Positions 1-10,711 are shown, counted from the stretch's first letter. The stretch is DNA of 64,000 bases from Bacilli bacterium (GCA_017548925.1 JAFYYX010000001.1:169551-233550); one strand, 5' to 3'. Program-made: numbers and translations. Notes: generated by a model from the letters alone, not told the origin.

Positions 1-321
1 ATGGATTTAGATTATGAAGAAGCAAAAAAAAGAGTTCTTGGACGACTAGTTTGTTCAGGATGTGGTAAATCTTATAATGATATGGTAGAAAGTTTAATGC
101 CTAAAAAATCCGGAATATGTGATTCATGTTCATCAGTTCTTAGTAAAAGATCAGATGATACTGAAGAAACATTCAAAGATAGATTTGATACTTATATAAA
201 TAATGTTAAACCAATACTTAATTATTATAATGATTTAAATAAGCTTATTAATATTGATGCATCTAAAGATGCTGAAGATATTTTTAAGGATATAGAAACA
301 TATGTTACTGAGGTGAGATAA
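1..321 (+). CDS. adk: Adenylate kinase, C-terminal part (5' end outside window)
   Basis: Zn-binding LID CSGC...CDSC, R-x-DD motif (KRSDD); directly upstream of map-infA. Confidence 0.93.
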   Translation: MDLDYEEAKKRVLGRLVCSGCGKSYNDMVESLMPKKSGICDSCSSVLSKRSDDTEETFKDRFDTYINNVKPILNYYNDLNKLINIDASKDAEDIFKDIETYVTEVR

Positions 322-324
322 TAA

Positions 325-1080
325 ATGATTAGTATAAAAAGTGACCGTGAAATTGAAATCATGAAAGAAGCTGGATATATTAATTATTTAACACATCAAG
401 AACTAAAAAAACATCTTAAGCCTGGTATAACAACTAATGAACTTAATGACATTGCTGATAAATTTATTAGAAGTCATGGTGGTAAACCTAGTTGTTTAGG
501 TTTTGAAGGGTATCCAAAAAGTATTTGTATATCTATTAATGATGAAGTAGTTCATGGGATTCCTAGTAACAGAAAGATTAAAAAGGGCGATATTGTTTCC
601 TTTGATTTTTGTACAGAATATAAAGGCTATAACAGTGATAGTGCTAATACATACATTGTTGGTGATGAAGCTGAACAAAATGTAAAAGATTTAGTAAAAT
701 ATACTGAAGAAGCCTTATATGTTGGATTGAAAGAAATCAAACCAGGTGCTAAAATAGGAGACATAGGGCATGCGATTGAAGAATTTGCTCATGAGCATGG
801 CTTAAGTGTAGTTGAGGCCTTAGTTGGTCATGGTGTTGGTACATCAATTCATGAAGATCCTGATGTTCCAAACTTTGGTGAAAAAGGAACAGGACTAACA
901 CTTAAAAAAGGAATGGTTATAGCTGTTGAACCAATGCTTAATTTAGGTACAAAAGAAGTTTGTATTCTAGATGATGGATGGACAATAGTAACAGAAGATG
1001 AGATGCCATCAGCTCACTTCGAACACACAGTTGTTGTAACCGAAGATGGATATGAAATTTTAACAGGAGATAAGAAATAA
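325..1080 (+). CDS. map: Methionine aminopeptidase type I
   Basis: SINDEVVHGIP, GHGVG..HEDP, AVEPM and SAHFEHT motifs. Confidence 0.97.
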   Translation: MISIKSDREIEIMKEAGYINYLTHQELKKHLKPGITTNELNDIADKFIRSHGGKPSCLGFEGYPKSICISINDEVVHGIPSNRKIKKGDIVSFDFCTEYKGYNSDSANTYIVGDEAEQNVKDLVKYTEEALYVGLKEIKPGAKIGDIGHAIEEFAHEHGLSVVEALVGHGVGTSIHEDPDVPNFGEKGTGLTLKKGMVIAVEPMLNLGTKEVCILDDGWTIVTEDEMPSAHFEHTVVVTEDGYEILTGDKK

Positions 1081-1326
1081 ATGGTTAAAAAAGATAAAAA
1101 CGTTGTAAAACAAAAAGAAGAAAAAATCGAAGTTGAAGGCGTTGTAATTGATGTTTTAAACGGTGGAGACTTTATTGTAGAATTACCAAATAAACACACT
1201 GTTAAAGCCTACGTTTCTGGTAAAATGCGCGTTAACTCAATTCGTATCTTACCAGGTGATACAGTAACTGTTGAATTATCCCCTTATGACTTAACACGTG
1301 GGCGCATTACATGGAATAAAAGATAG
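1081..1326 (+). CDS. infA: Translation initiation factor IF-1 (short N-terminal extension)
   Basis: [26 protein letters not shown]. Confidence 0.97.
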   Translation: MVKKDKNVVKQKEEKIEVEGVVIDVLNGGDFIVELPNKHTVKAYVSGKMRVNSIRILPGDTVTVELSPYDLTRGRITWNKR

Positions 1327-1338
1327 GAGAAAAAAATT

Positions 1339-1452
1339 ATGAAAGTAAGACCATCTGTAAAAAAGATATGTAAGAAATGTAAAATCATAAGAAGAAAAGG
1401 TAAAGTTATGGTTATTTGTGAAAACAAAAAACATAAACAAACTCAAGGTTAA
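1339..1452 (+). CDS. rpmJ: 50S ribosomal protein L36, Zn-ribbon form (not in ORF track)
   Basis: Read manually: [44 protein letters not shown] upstream. Confidence 0.97.
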   Translation: MKVRPSVKKICKKCKIIRRKGKVMVICENKKHKQTQG

Positions 1453-1469
1453 TAGGAGGAAATAAATAA

Positions 1470-1844
1470 ATGGCACGTATTAAAAATATTGATTTACCTG
1501 CAAATAAGCAAATCAAAATTGGTTTAACTGTTATTTATGGTGTTGGTCGTCCACTTGCTCTTCAAATTTGTGAAGCTGCTAAAGTAGACCCATCTAAAAA
1601 AGTTAAAGATTTAACTGAAGATGAAGTTAATAAATTACGTAAAGAACTAGAAAGTCATACTGTTGAAGGTGACTTACGTCGTGAAGTTCAAATGAACATC
1701 AAAAATAAAATGGAAATTAATTGCTACCAAGGTACAAGACATAAAAAAGGTTTACCTGTTAGAGGTCAAAGAACATCTAGAAATGCTAGAACTCGTAAGG
1801 GTAAAGGTAAAGTAGTAGCAAATAAGAAAAAGGTAGGAAAGTAG
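1470..1844 (+). CDS. rpsM: 30S ribosomal protein S13
   Basis: [32 protein letters not shown]. Confidence 0.97.
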   Translation: MARIKNIDLPANKQIKIGLTVIYGVGRPLALQICEAAKVDPSKKVKDLTEDEVNKLRKELESHTVEGDLRREVQMNIKNKMEINCYQGTRHKKGLPVRGQRTSRNARTRKGKGKVVANKKKVGK

Positions 1845-1854
1845 GAGGATAATT

Positions 1855-2238
1855 ATGGCATATAATAGAAGAAAAAGAAAAGTTAAAAAGAATATACCTG
1901 AAGCTGAAGCTCATATCCATGCTACATATAACAATACTATCGTTTCAATTTGTGAAAAAAATGGAGCTGTAATATCTTGGGCATCTGCTGGTACTATCGG
2001 ATATAAAGGTAGTAAAAAGAAAACTCCTTTCGCTGCTGGTGTAGCTAGTGAAGCTGCTGCTAAAGCTGCTATGGAACAAGGAGTAGTTAAAGTAGAAGTT
2101 TTTGTTAAAGGACTTGGTTCTGGACGTGAAAACGCTATTCGTTCTCTTCAAACTGCTGGTTTAGAAATTACATCAATTAATGATGAAACACCAGTACCAC
2201 ATAATGGTTGTCGTCCACCAAAGAGACCTAGAAATTAA
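1855..2238 (+). CDS. rpsK: 30S ribosomal protein S11
   Basis: [31 protein letters not shown]. Confidence 0.97.
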   Translation: MAYNRRKRKVKKNIPEAEAHIHATYNNTIVSICEKNGAVISWASAGTIGYKGSKKKTPFAAGVASEAAAKAAMEQGVVKVEVFVKGLGSGRENAIRSLQTAGLEITSINDETPVPHNGCRPPKRPRN

Positions 2239-2267
2239 TAAGATTGGATAAAGGAAGGGTTTAAGAT

Positions 2268-3212
2268 ATGATAAGTTTTGAAAAACCAGAATACAAAATA
2301 GCTGAATATGTTGAAAGTAATCACTATGGAAAGTTTGAACTAGAACCTCTTGAAAGAGGATTTGCAATTACTATTGGAAATGCTCTAAGAAGAGTAATGC
2401 TTTCAAGCTTACCAGGAAGTGCTATCACTTCTGTAAAAATTGATGGAGTTTTACATGAATTCCAAAAAATTGAAGGCGTTGTTGAAGACGTTACTACTAT
2501 CGTTTTAAATTTAAAAGGAGTAGTACTTAAAAATCATTCTCAAGAAGTTAAAACAATTCGTTTATCAGCTGATAAAGAAGGTGTTGTAACTGCTGGAGAT
2601 ATCGAAAAAGATGCAGACATCGAAGTTATTAATCCAGATCATGTAATTTGTAACCTTGTTAAAGGTGGAAAAATTGATATGGAAATGACTGTTGCTAACG
2701 GAAAAGGTTATGTTGAAGCAAAAGAAAACAAAAAAATCTTCTGCGAAGGAAAACCTGAAGTTATCGCTATCGATTCATCATATTCACCAATCGAATTAGT
2801 TAAAGTTGAAGACGAAAAAACTCGTGTTGGTCAAAATGAAAATTTTGATAAACTTACAATGCATGTTTATACTAATGGAAGTATAACTCCAGAAGAAGCA
2901 ATGGCATTATCTGCAAAAATTTTAATTGAACATTTTAATATTGTTGCTGATTTAAATGCTATTAGTAATGTTTCTGGATTAATGCAAGAAAAACAAGTAG
3001 ATAATATCACTAAGACTTTAGAAACACCTATTGAAGAAATAGAATTCTCAGTAAGAGCTTATAACTGTCTAAAAAGAGCTGGAATTCATACAGTTCAAGA
3101 TTTAATTAATAAACGTGAAGTTGAAGTTACTAAGATTAGAAACTTAGGTAAAAAATCACTTAAAGAAGTTATTGATAAAGTTCATGAGATGGATCTTAAG
3201 TTCCGTGATTAG
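2268..3212 (+). CDS. rpoA: RNA polymerase alpha subunit
   Basis: EPLERGF..TIGNALRRVMLSS; CTD SVRAYNCLKRAGI, NLGKKSL. Confidence 0.98.
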   Translation: MISFEKPEYKIAEYVESNHYGKFELEPLERGFAITIGNALRRVMLSSLPGSAITSVKIDGVLHEFQKIEGVVEDVTTIVLNLKGVVLKNHSQEVKTIRLSADKEGVVTAGDIEKDADIEVINPDHVICNLVKGGKIDMEMTVANGKGYVEAKENKKIFCEGKPEVIAIDSSYSPIELVKVEDEKTRVGQNENFDKLTMHVYTNGSITPEEAMALSAKILIEHFNIVADLNAISNVSGLMQEKQVDNITKTLETPIEEIEFSVRAYNCLKRAGIHTVQDLINKREVEVTKIRNLGKKSLKEVIDKVHEMDLKFRD

Positions 3213-3227
3213 TAAGGAGAATAGACT

Positions 3228-3569
3228 ATGTACAGAAAATTAGGAAGAGAATCAAGAAAAAGAAGAAGCATTTTAGCTGGACTTACTAAAACTGTAATCT
3301 TAAATGAATCTGTTGTTACTACTGAAGCAAGAGCTAAAGAAGTAAGAAAATTCGTTGATAAAATGATTACTTATGGTAAAAGAGGAACTTTAGTATCTAG
3401 AAGAAAAGCGCTTGCTTTTGTTCATAATGATAACGAAGTTGTATCAAAAGTATTTAACGACTTAGCAAAACGTTATGCTACTAGAAATGGTGGATATACA
3501 CGTATTATTAAACTTAATGAACGTGTTGGAGACGACGCTTTAGAAGTTAAATTAGAATTAGTAAAATAA
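3228..3569 (+). CDS. rplQ: 50S ribosomal protein L17
   Basis: [24 protein letters not shown]. Confidence 0.97.
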   Translation: MYRKLGRESRKRRSILAGLTKTVILNESVVTTEARAKEVRKFVDKMITYGKRGTLVSRRKALAFVHNDNEVVSKVFNDLAKRYATRNGGYTRIIKLNERVGDDALEVKLELVK

Positions 3570-3595
3570 TCGGAAAATTTATTTCCGATTTTTTT
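3568..3595 (+). terminator. Intrinsic terminator of the alpha operon
   Basis: AATCGGAAA-attta-TTTCCGATT followed by T run. Confidence 0.85.
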
Positions 3596-3626
3596 ATGGT
3601 ATAATATAAATACAAGAGGTAATTTT

Positions 3627-4145
3627 ATGAAGCAAATTAAATATAATTTAGAAAAAAATTCAGATATAGTTGAAATATACGACTTTGCAGTTGGTAATGA
3701 ACTTGATAATATTCCATTTTCAACTCTTCAACCAGATACAAATGGAAGAAGAATTGATGCAGGAAATTACTACACTCAAATTAATGATGATGATTCAAAA
3801 ATCTCCATCGCAGTAACTAATCACAGTATCGGTTTTATAACATATGTACAAAACGGCGATAAAAAAATATATAAAACGCTTCTTTACGACATATTTATGC
3901 ACTCAATTGAATTTAAATATGTTGAAAATGATCTCGAAGGAAGTACACATGTTGCTAAACTATATAAAAATATTGATATGGGTGTTGAAGCAGAACACCA
4001 AAAAATATCTATTGATGATGTAAAAAGTATAATAGATTTATTATATGAAGAAATAGCAAAATATGAAGGAATAAATGAGATAATTAACCTTGATGAATTT
4101 AAAGAAAATATCAATAAATATTTAGAAGGAATTAGGAAAAGATAA
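3627..4145 (+). CDS. Hypothetical orphan protein, basic C-terminus (EGIRKR)
   Basis: 172-aa ORF, extended -10 TGgTATAAT 3597-3605, SD AGAGGT, hairpin and T run at its end. Confidence 0.8.
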   Translation: MKQIKYNLEKNSDIVEIYDFAVGNELDNIPFSTLQPDTNGRRIDAGNYYTQINDDDSKISIAVTNHSIGFITYVQNGDKKIYKTLLYDIFMHSIEFKYVENDLEGSTHVAKLYKNIDMGVEAEHQKISIDDVKSIIDLLYEEIAKYEGINEIINLDEFKENINKYLEGIRKR

Positions 4146-4215
4146 TTCCTTTTTTTATTGAAATAACATAGTTAATATGGTACTATTTATATAGTAAAAA
4201 AGGGTGTTGATACAA

Positions 4216-6096
4216 ATGCAATCTAATATTTTTGAACTTATAGATTTACTTGTTAAAATGTCATCTTCTAAGTCTAATATAGATGAACTAAAAGCTGATT
4301 TAGATGATACACTAAATAATATTAGTTTAACTGAAGATAAATTAAAACAAATTGAAAGTGAAATGACAGATGATAAGTATTTTGATGCATCAAGTGAAAT
4401 AGTTGATAGAAATATCAAAATTTCTTTAGTGAAAAAAATTCAAAAACTAAATAAGATTAAAACTGATTTAGAAAGAGAATTAGATCAAGTAAAAGAAGAT
4501 GAACGTAACATACACTCTAAAATAGAAGATATCAAAAAAGAAATTGATGAAGCAAATAGTTATAATGCTATTATATCAACAAGTTCAAATAACAAAGAAT
4601 CATTTACAAATATGTTAGCATCTGAAAATGAGCGTATAACTGATCTACTGGCTAAAAAAGAAGATTTTGATGCAAGTTATTCAAAAATACAAAAGAAAGT
4701 TGAGTACCTATCAAATTCACTTCTTGAAGTAAATGACAAAATTGAAAAAGAAACAGATAGATTAAATGAAATAGATCATAATTTATCTAACATTAAAGCT
4801 TACATTGATTTTGATGCTAAGGAAGATGATGAAAAAGAATATCTAAGTGTTAAAAATGACTTAGAACTATTAATAAATCATCGAGATCAAATTACAAATG
4901 ATCCGGTATATATAGCAAGTTTAATTAAAGAACATATTGCTAACGATGATAAAGATAATGTAGAAAAAGAATTTAATCATCTAATTGAAATAGTTAAAGA
5001 AATTCCATATATGTCTCTTGAGAATAATGAAATTGAAGTTGAAATGAAGAAACTTGATGATGAACTTCGAAATTATGACAGTGAAATTTCGCAAAAAGAT
5101 TATCAAACTCTAGATGCAGTATTTATTGAAGATCGTATTTTATACTTAGAAGATTCAATAAAAAATAATAAAGACTTAATTAGAAGTTTAACTGATAAAA
5201 AAGGTAAGTTAGAATACGAAAACGAAGTTATAAGTGAAAAGATTTATCGATCTGAAGTTCAAATTAAAAACATCAATAAGAGTTTATCAGATTATGATGA
5301 ATATGATTATGAATGTGGGGAATTATCTAAATCTGTTGTTCAAGCTGCCAATAATAAATTAGTTGAAGAAAAAAATAACATTTCTGAAATAACAGCAAAT
5401 TATAGATCTGATTTAGTTAAAAATATTAATGAAATCAAAATTATTGATGACCAATTAACTTATTTTAACAATGAAGTAGTAAATAAAGAAAGCGAACTAG
5501 ATGAATTAAATAAAAAGTTAGCTTTAAATACTTCATCTAAAAATATTTTAGAAGAAGAAAAAGATAAATTAGCTCTTGAAAAGATTAATTCAAAAATTAA
5601 CAGTTTAAAATTCCGTGAAGAATTTAATAAATCATTATCTGAAATTCTTGAAGAGTTCGAAATGTTAAATTCATCATTAGAATTTGTAGATAAAAAAACA
5701 AGAGTTCAAAGAAATTTAAGAAGTCTTTTAGGTGATGAAGTAACACCTCTTGAAGAAATAATTCCATTTCAAGAACCAGAAATAAAAAGCGATGAAGTAG
5801 AACTTCCAACTGAAGAAAAAGTTGAAGATGAACCACATGGTTTTATGGTTCCAGATGAAAAAATAAATGAGACTTCTCAAATTCAAGTTGAAGAAGTAAA
5901 TGAGATTCCTCAAATTACAGATGAAGAATTAAAAAATAATGAACCTAAAGAAGAAAAACTAAGAGTAGTTGAAATAATTCCTATAAGTGACACAGTTACT
6001 GAAAAAGAACCAGAAAAAGATTTTATGGTAAATGATTTTCAAGATGATGATTATGTAGATTTTGAAAGTGCCATTTCTGAAGTAGGTGAAAAATAA
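4216..6096 (+). CDS. Long coiled-coil protein with acidic disordered tail; no ATPase motifs
   Basis: Heptad E/K/L/N pattern over about 490 aa, then a Glu/Pro-rich linker; promoter TTGAAA-17-TACTAT; ATG 4216 fits SD AAGGGTG. Confidence 0.85.
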   Translation: MQSNIFELIDLLVKMSSSKSNIDELKADLDDTLNNISLTEDKLKQIESEMTDDKYFDASSEIVDRNIKISLVKKIQKLNKIKTDLERELDQVKEDERNIHSKIEDIKKEIDEANSYNAIISTSSNNKESFTNMLASENERITDLLAKKEDFDASYSKIQKKVEYLSNSLLEVNDKIEKETDRLNEIDHNLSNIKAYIDFDAKEDDEKEYLSVKNDLELLINHRDQITNDPVYIASLIKEHIANDDKDNVEKEFNHLIEIVKEIPYMSLENNEIEVEMKKLDDELRNYDSEISQKDYQTLDAVFIEDRILYLEDSIKNNKDLIRSLTDKKGKLEYENEVISEKIYRSEVQIKNINKSLSDYDEYDYECGELSKSVVQAANNKLVEEKNNISEITANYRSDLVKNINEIKIIDDQLTYFNNEVVNKESELDELNKKLALNTSSKNILEEEKDKLALEKINSKINSLKFREEFNKSLSEILEEFEMLNSSLEFVDKKTRVQRNLRSLLGDEVTPLEEIIPFQEPEIKSDEVELPTEEKVEDEPHGFMVPDEKINETSQIQVEEVNEIPQITDEELKNNEPKEEKLRVVEIIPISDTVTEKEPEKDFMVNDFQDDDYVDFESAISEVGEK

Positions 6097-6341
6097 TGAA
6101 ACTAGAACTTAATACTATTGCCAGATTAAATAATGATGAAAAGTACATTATTTTAAATGAAATAGCTGAAGATGGTAAGAATTATTTTCTAACTATGGGA
6201 ATTATTAAAGATAATGAAATTGACTCTAGTAAAGTGGTTATTTTAGAAGAACTAAAAGATGATGAAGGATACTATGTTGAAAAAGTAATAGATTCTGATT
6301 TGCTTTTAAAATTAACGAAGTTATTTAAAGATCAAATGTAA
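6096..6341 (+). CDS. Small acidic protein, possibly DUF1292-like
   Basis: 81 aa, TAATG overlap with the upstream gene, beta-rich pattern ending in a helix. Confidence 0.7.
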   Translation: MKLELNTIARLNNDEKYIILNEIAEDGKNYFLTMGIIKDNEIDSSKVVILEELKDDEGYYVEKVIDSDLLLKLTKLFKDQM

Positions 6342-6371
6342 GGATAAACCAAAGGTTTATCCTTTTCTTTT
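6340..6371 (+). terminator. Intrinsic terminator
   Basis: AAGGATAAACC-aaa-GGTTTATCCTT + T-rich tail. Confidence 0.85.
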
Positions 6372-6428
6372 GTTTACTTTTTATTAAGCATATATTATAA
6401 TAAAGGAGTAAAAAAAGGAAGTGTAACA

Positions 6429-6968
6429 ATGGAATTAAAGGGTAGTAGAACTGAAGCTAATTTAATGGCTGCCTTTGCTGGAGAATCTCAAGCAAGAAAT
6501 AAATATACTTACTATGCTTCTAAAGCAAAAAAAGAAGGATATGAACAAATAGCAGCTATTTTTGAAGAAACAGCTAATAATGAAAAAGAACATGCTAAAA
6601 TGTGGTTTAAACAATTACATGGTGGTGAAGTTCCTTCTACAATAGATAATTTAAAAGATGCAGCAAATGGTGAAAACTATGAATGGACAGAAATGTATGA
6701 AGAGTTTGCTAAAGTTGCTGAAGAAGAAGGTTTTACTGAAATAGCTCGTTTATTTAGAGGTGTTGGACAAATTGAAAAACACCATGAAGAAAGATATTTA
6801 AAATTAGTTGATAACATTGAAAACAACTTAGTATTTAAAAAAGATGAAGAAGTTGTTTGGATATGTCGAAATTGTGGACACGTATACTATGGAAAAGAAG
6901 CTCCAAAAGTATGTCCAATCTGTAATCATCCCGAATCATATATGGAAATGAAAGCAGATAATTATTAA
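6429..6968 (+). CDS. rbr: Rubrerythrin
   Basis: [21 protein letters not shown] di-iron motifs; C-terminal CRNCG..CPIC rubredoxin domain. Confidence 0.96.
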   Translation: MELKGSRTEANLMAAFAGESQARNKYTYYASKAKKEGYEQIAAIFEETANNEKEHAKMWFKQLHGGEVPSTIDNLKDAANGENYEWTEMYEEFAKVAEEEGFTEIARLFRGVGQIEKHHEERYLKLVDNIENNLVFKKDEEVVWICRNCGHVYYGKEAPKVCPICNHPESYMEMKADNY

Positions 6969-6989
6969 TAGAAAAATTTATTATAAAGA

Positions 6990-7195
6990 TCATATACTAA
7001 GTAGTTATATATAGTATTTATTAGAGAGAAGTACAATAGCTGAAAGTACTTTAAATGAGCGTATATAATGAATTTCATATATAGGAGTAATAAATCGGCT
7101 TATTACCGTTAATAAATACATAAAGTGCATGAAATCATGAATTAAGGTGGTACCACGGATTTAATTATTCGCCCTTATGTTTATGATTTTTTTTG
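6990..7195 (+). promoter_or_regulatory. T-box riboswitch leader (Phe specifier UUC)
   Basis: AGTAG, AGAGA and GCTGAAA stem I motifs; specifier TTC 7074-7076; T-box AATTAAGGTGGTACCACGG 7140-7158; upstream of pheS. Confidence 0.9.
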
Positions 7196-7225
7196 TTATA
7201 AAAAATAAGAAAGGATTTGATTAAT

Positions 7226-8272
7226 ATGAAAGAAAGAATCGGAGCAATCAAACTAGAACTTGATAAAGATTTAGAAACTATTAAAACTATTCAAGATATA
7301 GTTGATATAAAAGCTAAATACATTGGTAAAAATGGATGTATTACAGAACTAACTAAAAATATGAAAGACTTATCTCCAGAAGAAAGAAAAGAAGTAGGTC
7401 AACTTTCTAATGAGATAAGAAACTATGCAACAGATAAAATATTAGGTAAAGAAGAAGAAATAAATAATGCCATCTTAAATGAAAAATTATCTAAAGAAGC
7501 TATTGATATTACTTTACCTGGTACTGAAATAGTAAATGGAGCACCTAGTATTCTAGAAAAGGTTATAGAAGACTTTGAGGATGTATTTATGTCTATGGGA
7601 TATGATGTTGTGGATGGACCAGAACTAGAAGAAGATAGATATAACTTCGAACTATTAGGTTTACCTAAAGGACATCCTGCAAGAGATGCTCAAGATACAT
7701 TCTATGTTAAAGGTGATGAACTTCTTTTAAGAAGTCATACATCTCCAGTACAAGCTAGAGTAATGACTAGTAAAGAAGGAAAAGAACCTGTTAGAATTAT
7801 ATGTCCTGGTAAAGCATATAGAAGAGATGATGACGATGCAACACACTCTCATCAATTTACTCAAATTGAAGGTTTAATTGTTGATAAGGATATTAAATTA
7901 TCTGATCTTAAAGGAACTGTTACAGTTATTTGTAAGAAATTATTTGGTGAAGATACTGTAACTAGATTTAGACCATCATATTATCAATTTACTGAACCAT
8001 CTGTTGAAATGGATATCTCATGCTTTAACTGTAAAGGTAAAGGATGTAATATTTGTAAAAACTCAGGATGGATAACAATTGGTGGTGCAGGCGTTGTACA
8101 TTATGATGTTTTAAAAGGATGTGGATATGATCCAGAAAAATGGAGTGGATTCGCATTTGGTTTTGGAGCAGAACGTTGTGCAATGCTTAAATATGGTATC
8201 AGCGATATTAGAACTTTCTATAATGTAGATTTAAGAGAAACAAGCTCTTTCGATAGAAAGGAGGAAAATTAA
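7226..8272 (+). CDS. pheS: Phenylalanyl-tRNA synthetase alpha subunit
   Basis: HPARDAQDTF, LRSHTSPVQ, DATHSHQF, FTEPS, GFAFG; ATG 7226 fits SD AAAGGA. Confidence 0.97.
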   Translation: MKERIGAIKLELDKDLETIKTIQDIVDIKAKYIGKNGCITELTKNMKDLSPEERKEVGQLSNEIRNYATDKILGKEEEINNAILNEKLSKEAIDITLPGTEIVNGAPSILEKVIEDFEDVFMSMGYDVVDGPELEEDRYNFELLGLPKGHPARDAQDTFYVKGDELLLRSHTSPVQARVMTSKEGKEPVRIICPGKAYRRDDDDATHSHQFTQIEGLIVDKDIKLSDLKGTVTVICKKLFGEDTVTRFRPSYYQFTEPSVEMDISCFNCKGKGCNICKNSGWITIGGAGVVHYDVLKGCGYDPEKWSGFAFGFGAERCAMLKYGISDIRTFYNVDLRETSSFDRKEEN

Positions 8273-8273
8273 T

Positions 8274-10643
8274 ATGATATCACTTAATTGGGTTAAAGAT
8301 TATATTGATCTTGAAGGTGAAGATTTAAAAGAACTAGCTACTAAAGTAACAAAGGCAGGTATTAATGTTGAAGCAGTAATATCTAATCATATTGATAACC
8401 TAGTAATAGGTGAAGTAGTTGATTGCACTGACCATCCAGATTCAGACCACTTACATGTATGCATGGTTAATACTGGAAAAGAAACTATTCAAATAGTTTG
8501 CGGAGCACCTAATGTAAGAAAAGGTATTAAAGTTATTGTTGCACTTCCTGGTGCAGTACTTCCTGGTGACTTTGAGATTAAAGCTGGTAAGATTAGAGGC
8601 CAAGAATCAAATGGTATGATTTGTGCTTTATTTGAACTAGGTTTAGAAGAAAAAAATGATGAAACATATGCTAAAGGTATTGAAGAGTTACCTCAAGATG
8701 CACCTGTTGGTATGGATGCTATGGAATATCTTGGTTGTGATGATACTTTATATGACTTAGATGTTCATAAACATAGAAATAATGATTGTTATTATCATAT
8801 TGGTTTTGCTCATGAAATAGGAACTGTACTTGGTAAAAAAGTTAAGTATCCTGAAGCTAAATATAATGAAACAAGTGATAAAGTTGAAAATTATGTATCA
8901 CTTGAAGTTGAAACTGAAAGATGTCCATACTATTTAGGTAGAATGGTTAGAAATGTAAAAATAGGTGAATCACCAGAATGGATTAAGAAAAGAATTACAG
9001 CAGCTGGTATGAGACCTATTAATAATGTTGTTGATATCTCTAACTTCGTAATGCTTGAATATGGTCAACCAACTCATTTCTTCGATGCTGACAAACTTGG
9101 TAAAAAAGTATTAGTAAGAGATGCGAGTGATGGTGAAAGAATCACAACTTTAGATAATGAAGAAAGAGAATTAACATCTAATGATATAGTTATTACTGAT
9201 GGAACTACTCCAACATGTATTGCCGGAGTTATGGGTGGACTTAATACAGAAGTTGATGAAAATACTAAAAATATTTTTATCGAAGCAGCTATCTTTGATG
9301 CATTCTCAATTACTAAAACTGCATCAAGATTAAATTTAAAATCTGAAGCATCTAAAAGATATGGTAAAGGTTTAAATTATGAATATACTATTGCTGCTAT
9401 GAATAGATGTTTATCACTTTTAGAAGAATATGCATCTGGTGAAGTACTATTTGGTGAACTTCTTCATGATAAAGTTGATAAAAAAGAAAAAGAAGTAACA
9501 GTTACAGCAGCTGATTTAAACGGTGTACTTGGAATGAGTATGACTAATGATGATATTAAAACTCAGTTAGATAAACTTGATTTTAAATATGAACTAAATG
9601 GAGATACATTCAAAATCATTATTCCAAGAAGAAGATTAGATGTAGAACCTAATAAAGCTGACTTGGCTGAAGAAATTGGTCGACTTTATGGATATAATAA
9701 TCTAGAAGATACTCTTCCAGAAGTTGGAACTAAACGAGGAGTATATGTTGGCGATGTAGCTTTAAGAAAATCTATTTCTAAAAGACTTAGAACTTTAGGT
9801 TTAACTGAAGTTAGAACATATACACTAAATAATGAAGAAACTGCTAATATGTTTAATTATGATAATAAAGAAGTATTAGCACTTCCAAATCCAATGTCAT
9901 CAGATAAAGGATTCGTAAGATTATCAATCTTACCATCACTTCTTCAAACTTATACATATAATAAATCAAGAAAAGTAGATAATATTAACATTTATGAAAT
10001 AGCTAAAACATATGATAAAGAATATAATGAAGATCATAAAGTAGCAATGCTTATTTCAGGAAGTTATATAAGTAATGTAGTAAATAATGTAAGTGTTAAA
10101 ACTGACTTCTATTTACTTAAAGGTATTGTTGAAAACTTACTTAAATATTTAGGATTTAAAAATAGATATTCATTTGAAAAGATAGAAGCTAAAGAACTTC
10201 ATCCTGGAGTATCAGCATCAATTCTAATTGATAGGCAACCAGTTGGTATTATAGGTAAAATTAATCCAACACTATATAAAGATGATATTTATGTTTGTGA
10301 GTTATCTATGACTAAACTATATAGTTATACAGTTAAACCTCTTAAATATAAAGAAGCATCTAAATATCCATCAATTAAAAAAGATGTTGCATTTATAGTT
10401 GATAATGAAGTAACTAATAAAGTATTAGAAGATTTAATTAAAAAAGCTGGTGGAAGACTTCTTGATAATATAGATATCTTTGATATCTATAGAGATATTA
10501 AACCAGGAAAGAAATCTATGGCTTATAACTTAACATTTAAAGATGATACAAGAACACTTTCTGATGAAGAAGTTATGGAAGTATTTAATAATATTATAAG
10601 TAAAGTAACAACAGAGCTTAATGCTGAATTAAGAAGTAACTAA
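8274..10643 (+). CDS. pheT: Phenylalanyl-tRNA synthetase beta subunit
   Basis: IVCGAPNV, RPINNVVD, GQPTHFFD, DLAEEIGRLYGY, C-terminal anticodon-binding domain. Confidence 0.97.
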   Translation: MISLNWVKDYIDLEGEDLKELATKVTKAGINVEAVISNHIDNLVIGEVVDCTDHPDSDHLHVCMVNTGKETIQIVCGAPNVRKGIKVIVALPGAVLPGDFEIKAGKIRGQESNGMICALFELGLEEKNDETYAKGIEELPQDAPVGMDAMEYLGCDDTLYDLDVHKHRNNDCYYHIGFAHEIGTVLGKKVKYPEAKYNETSDKVENYVSLEVETERCPYYLGRMVRNVKIGESPEWIKKRITAAGMRPINNVVDISNFVMLEYGQPTHFFDADKLGKKVLVRDASDGERITTLDNEERELTSNDIVITDGTTPTCIAGVMGGLNTEVDENTKNIFIEAAIFDAFSITKTASRLNLKSEASKRYGKGLNYEYTIAAMNRCLSLLEEYASGEVLFGELLHDKVDKKEKEVTVTAADLNGVLGMSMTNDDIKTQLDKLDFKYELNGDTFKIIIPRRRLDVEPNKADLAEEIGRLYGYNNLEDTLPEVGTKRGVYVGDVALRKSISKRLRTLGLTEVRTYTLNNEETANMFNYDNKEVLALPNPMSSDKGFVRLSILPSLLQTYTYNKSRKVDNINIYEIAKTYDKEYNEDHKVAMLISGSYISNVVNNVSVKTDFYLLKGIVENLLKYLGFKNRYSFEKIEAKELHPGVSASILIDRQPVGIIGKINPTLYKDDIYVCELSMTKLYSYTVKPLKYKEASKYPSIKKDVAFIVDNEVTNKVLEDLIKKAGGRLLDNIDIFDIYRDIKPGKKSMAYNLTFKDDTRTLSDEEVMEVFNNIISKVTTELNAELRSN

Positions 10644-10711
10644 TAAGTTACTTTTTTTTATTGCATGAAAAAACATCAATGTTAACTTATTGATGTTTAT
10701 TCCAAAATTAA

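Noticed and set aside
2238-2268. No rpsD between rpsK and rpoA
   Set aside because: Normal Bacilli/Mollicutes arrangement
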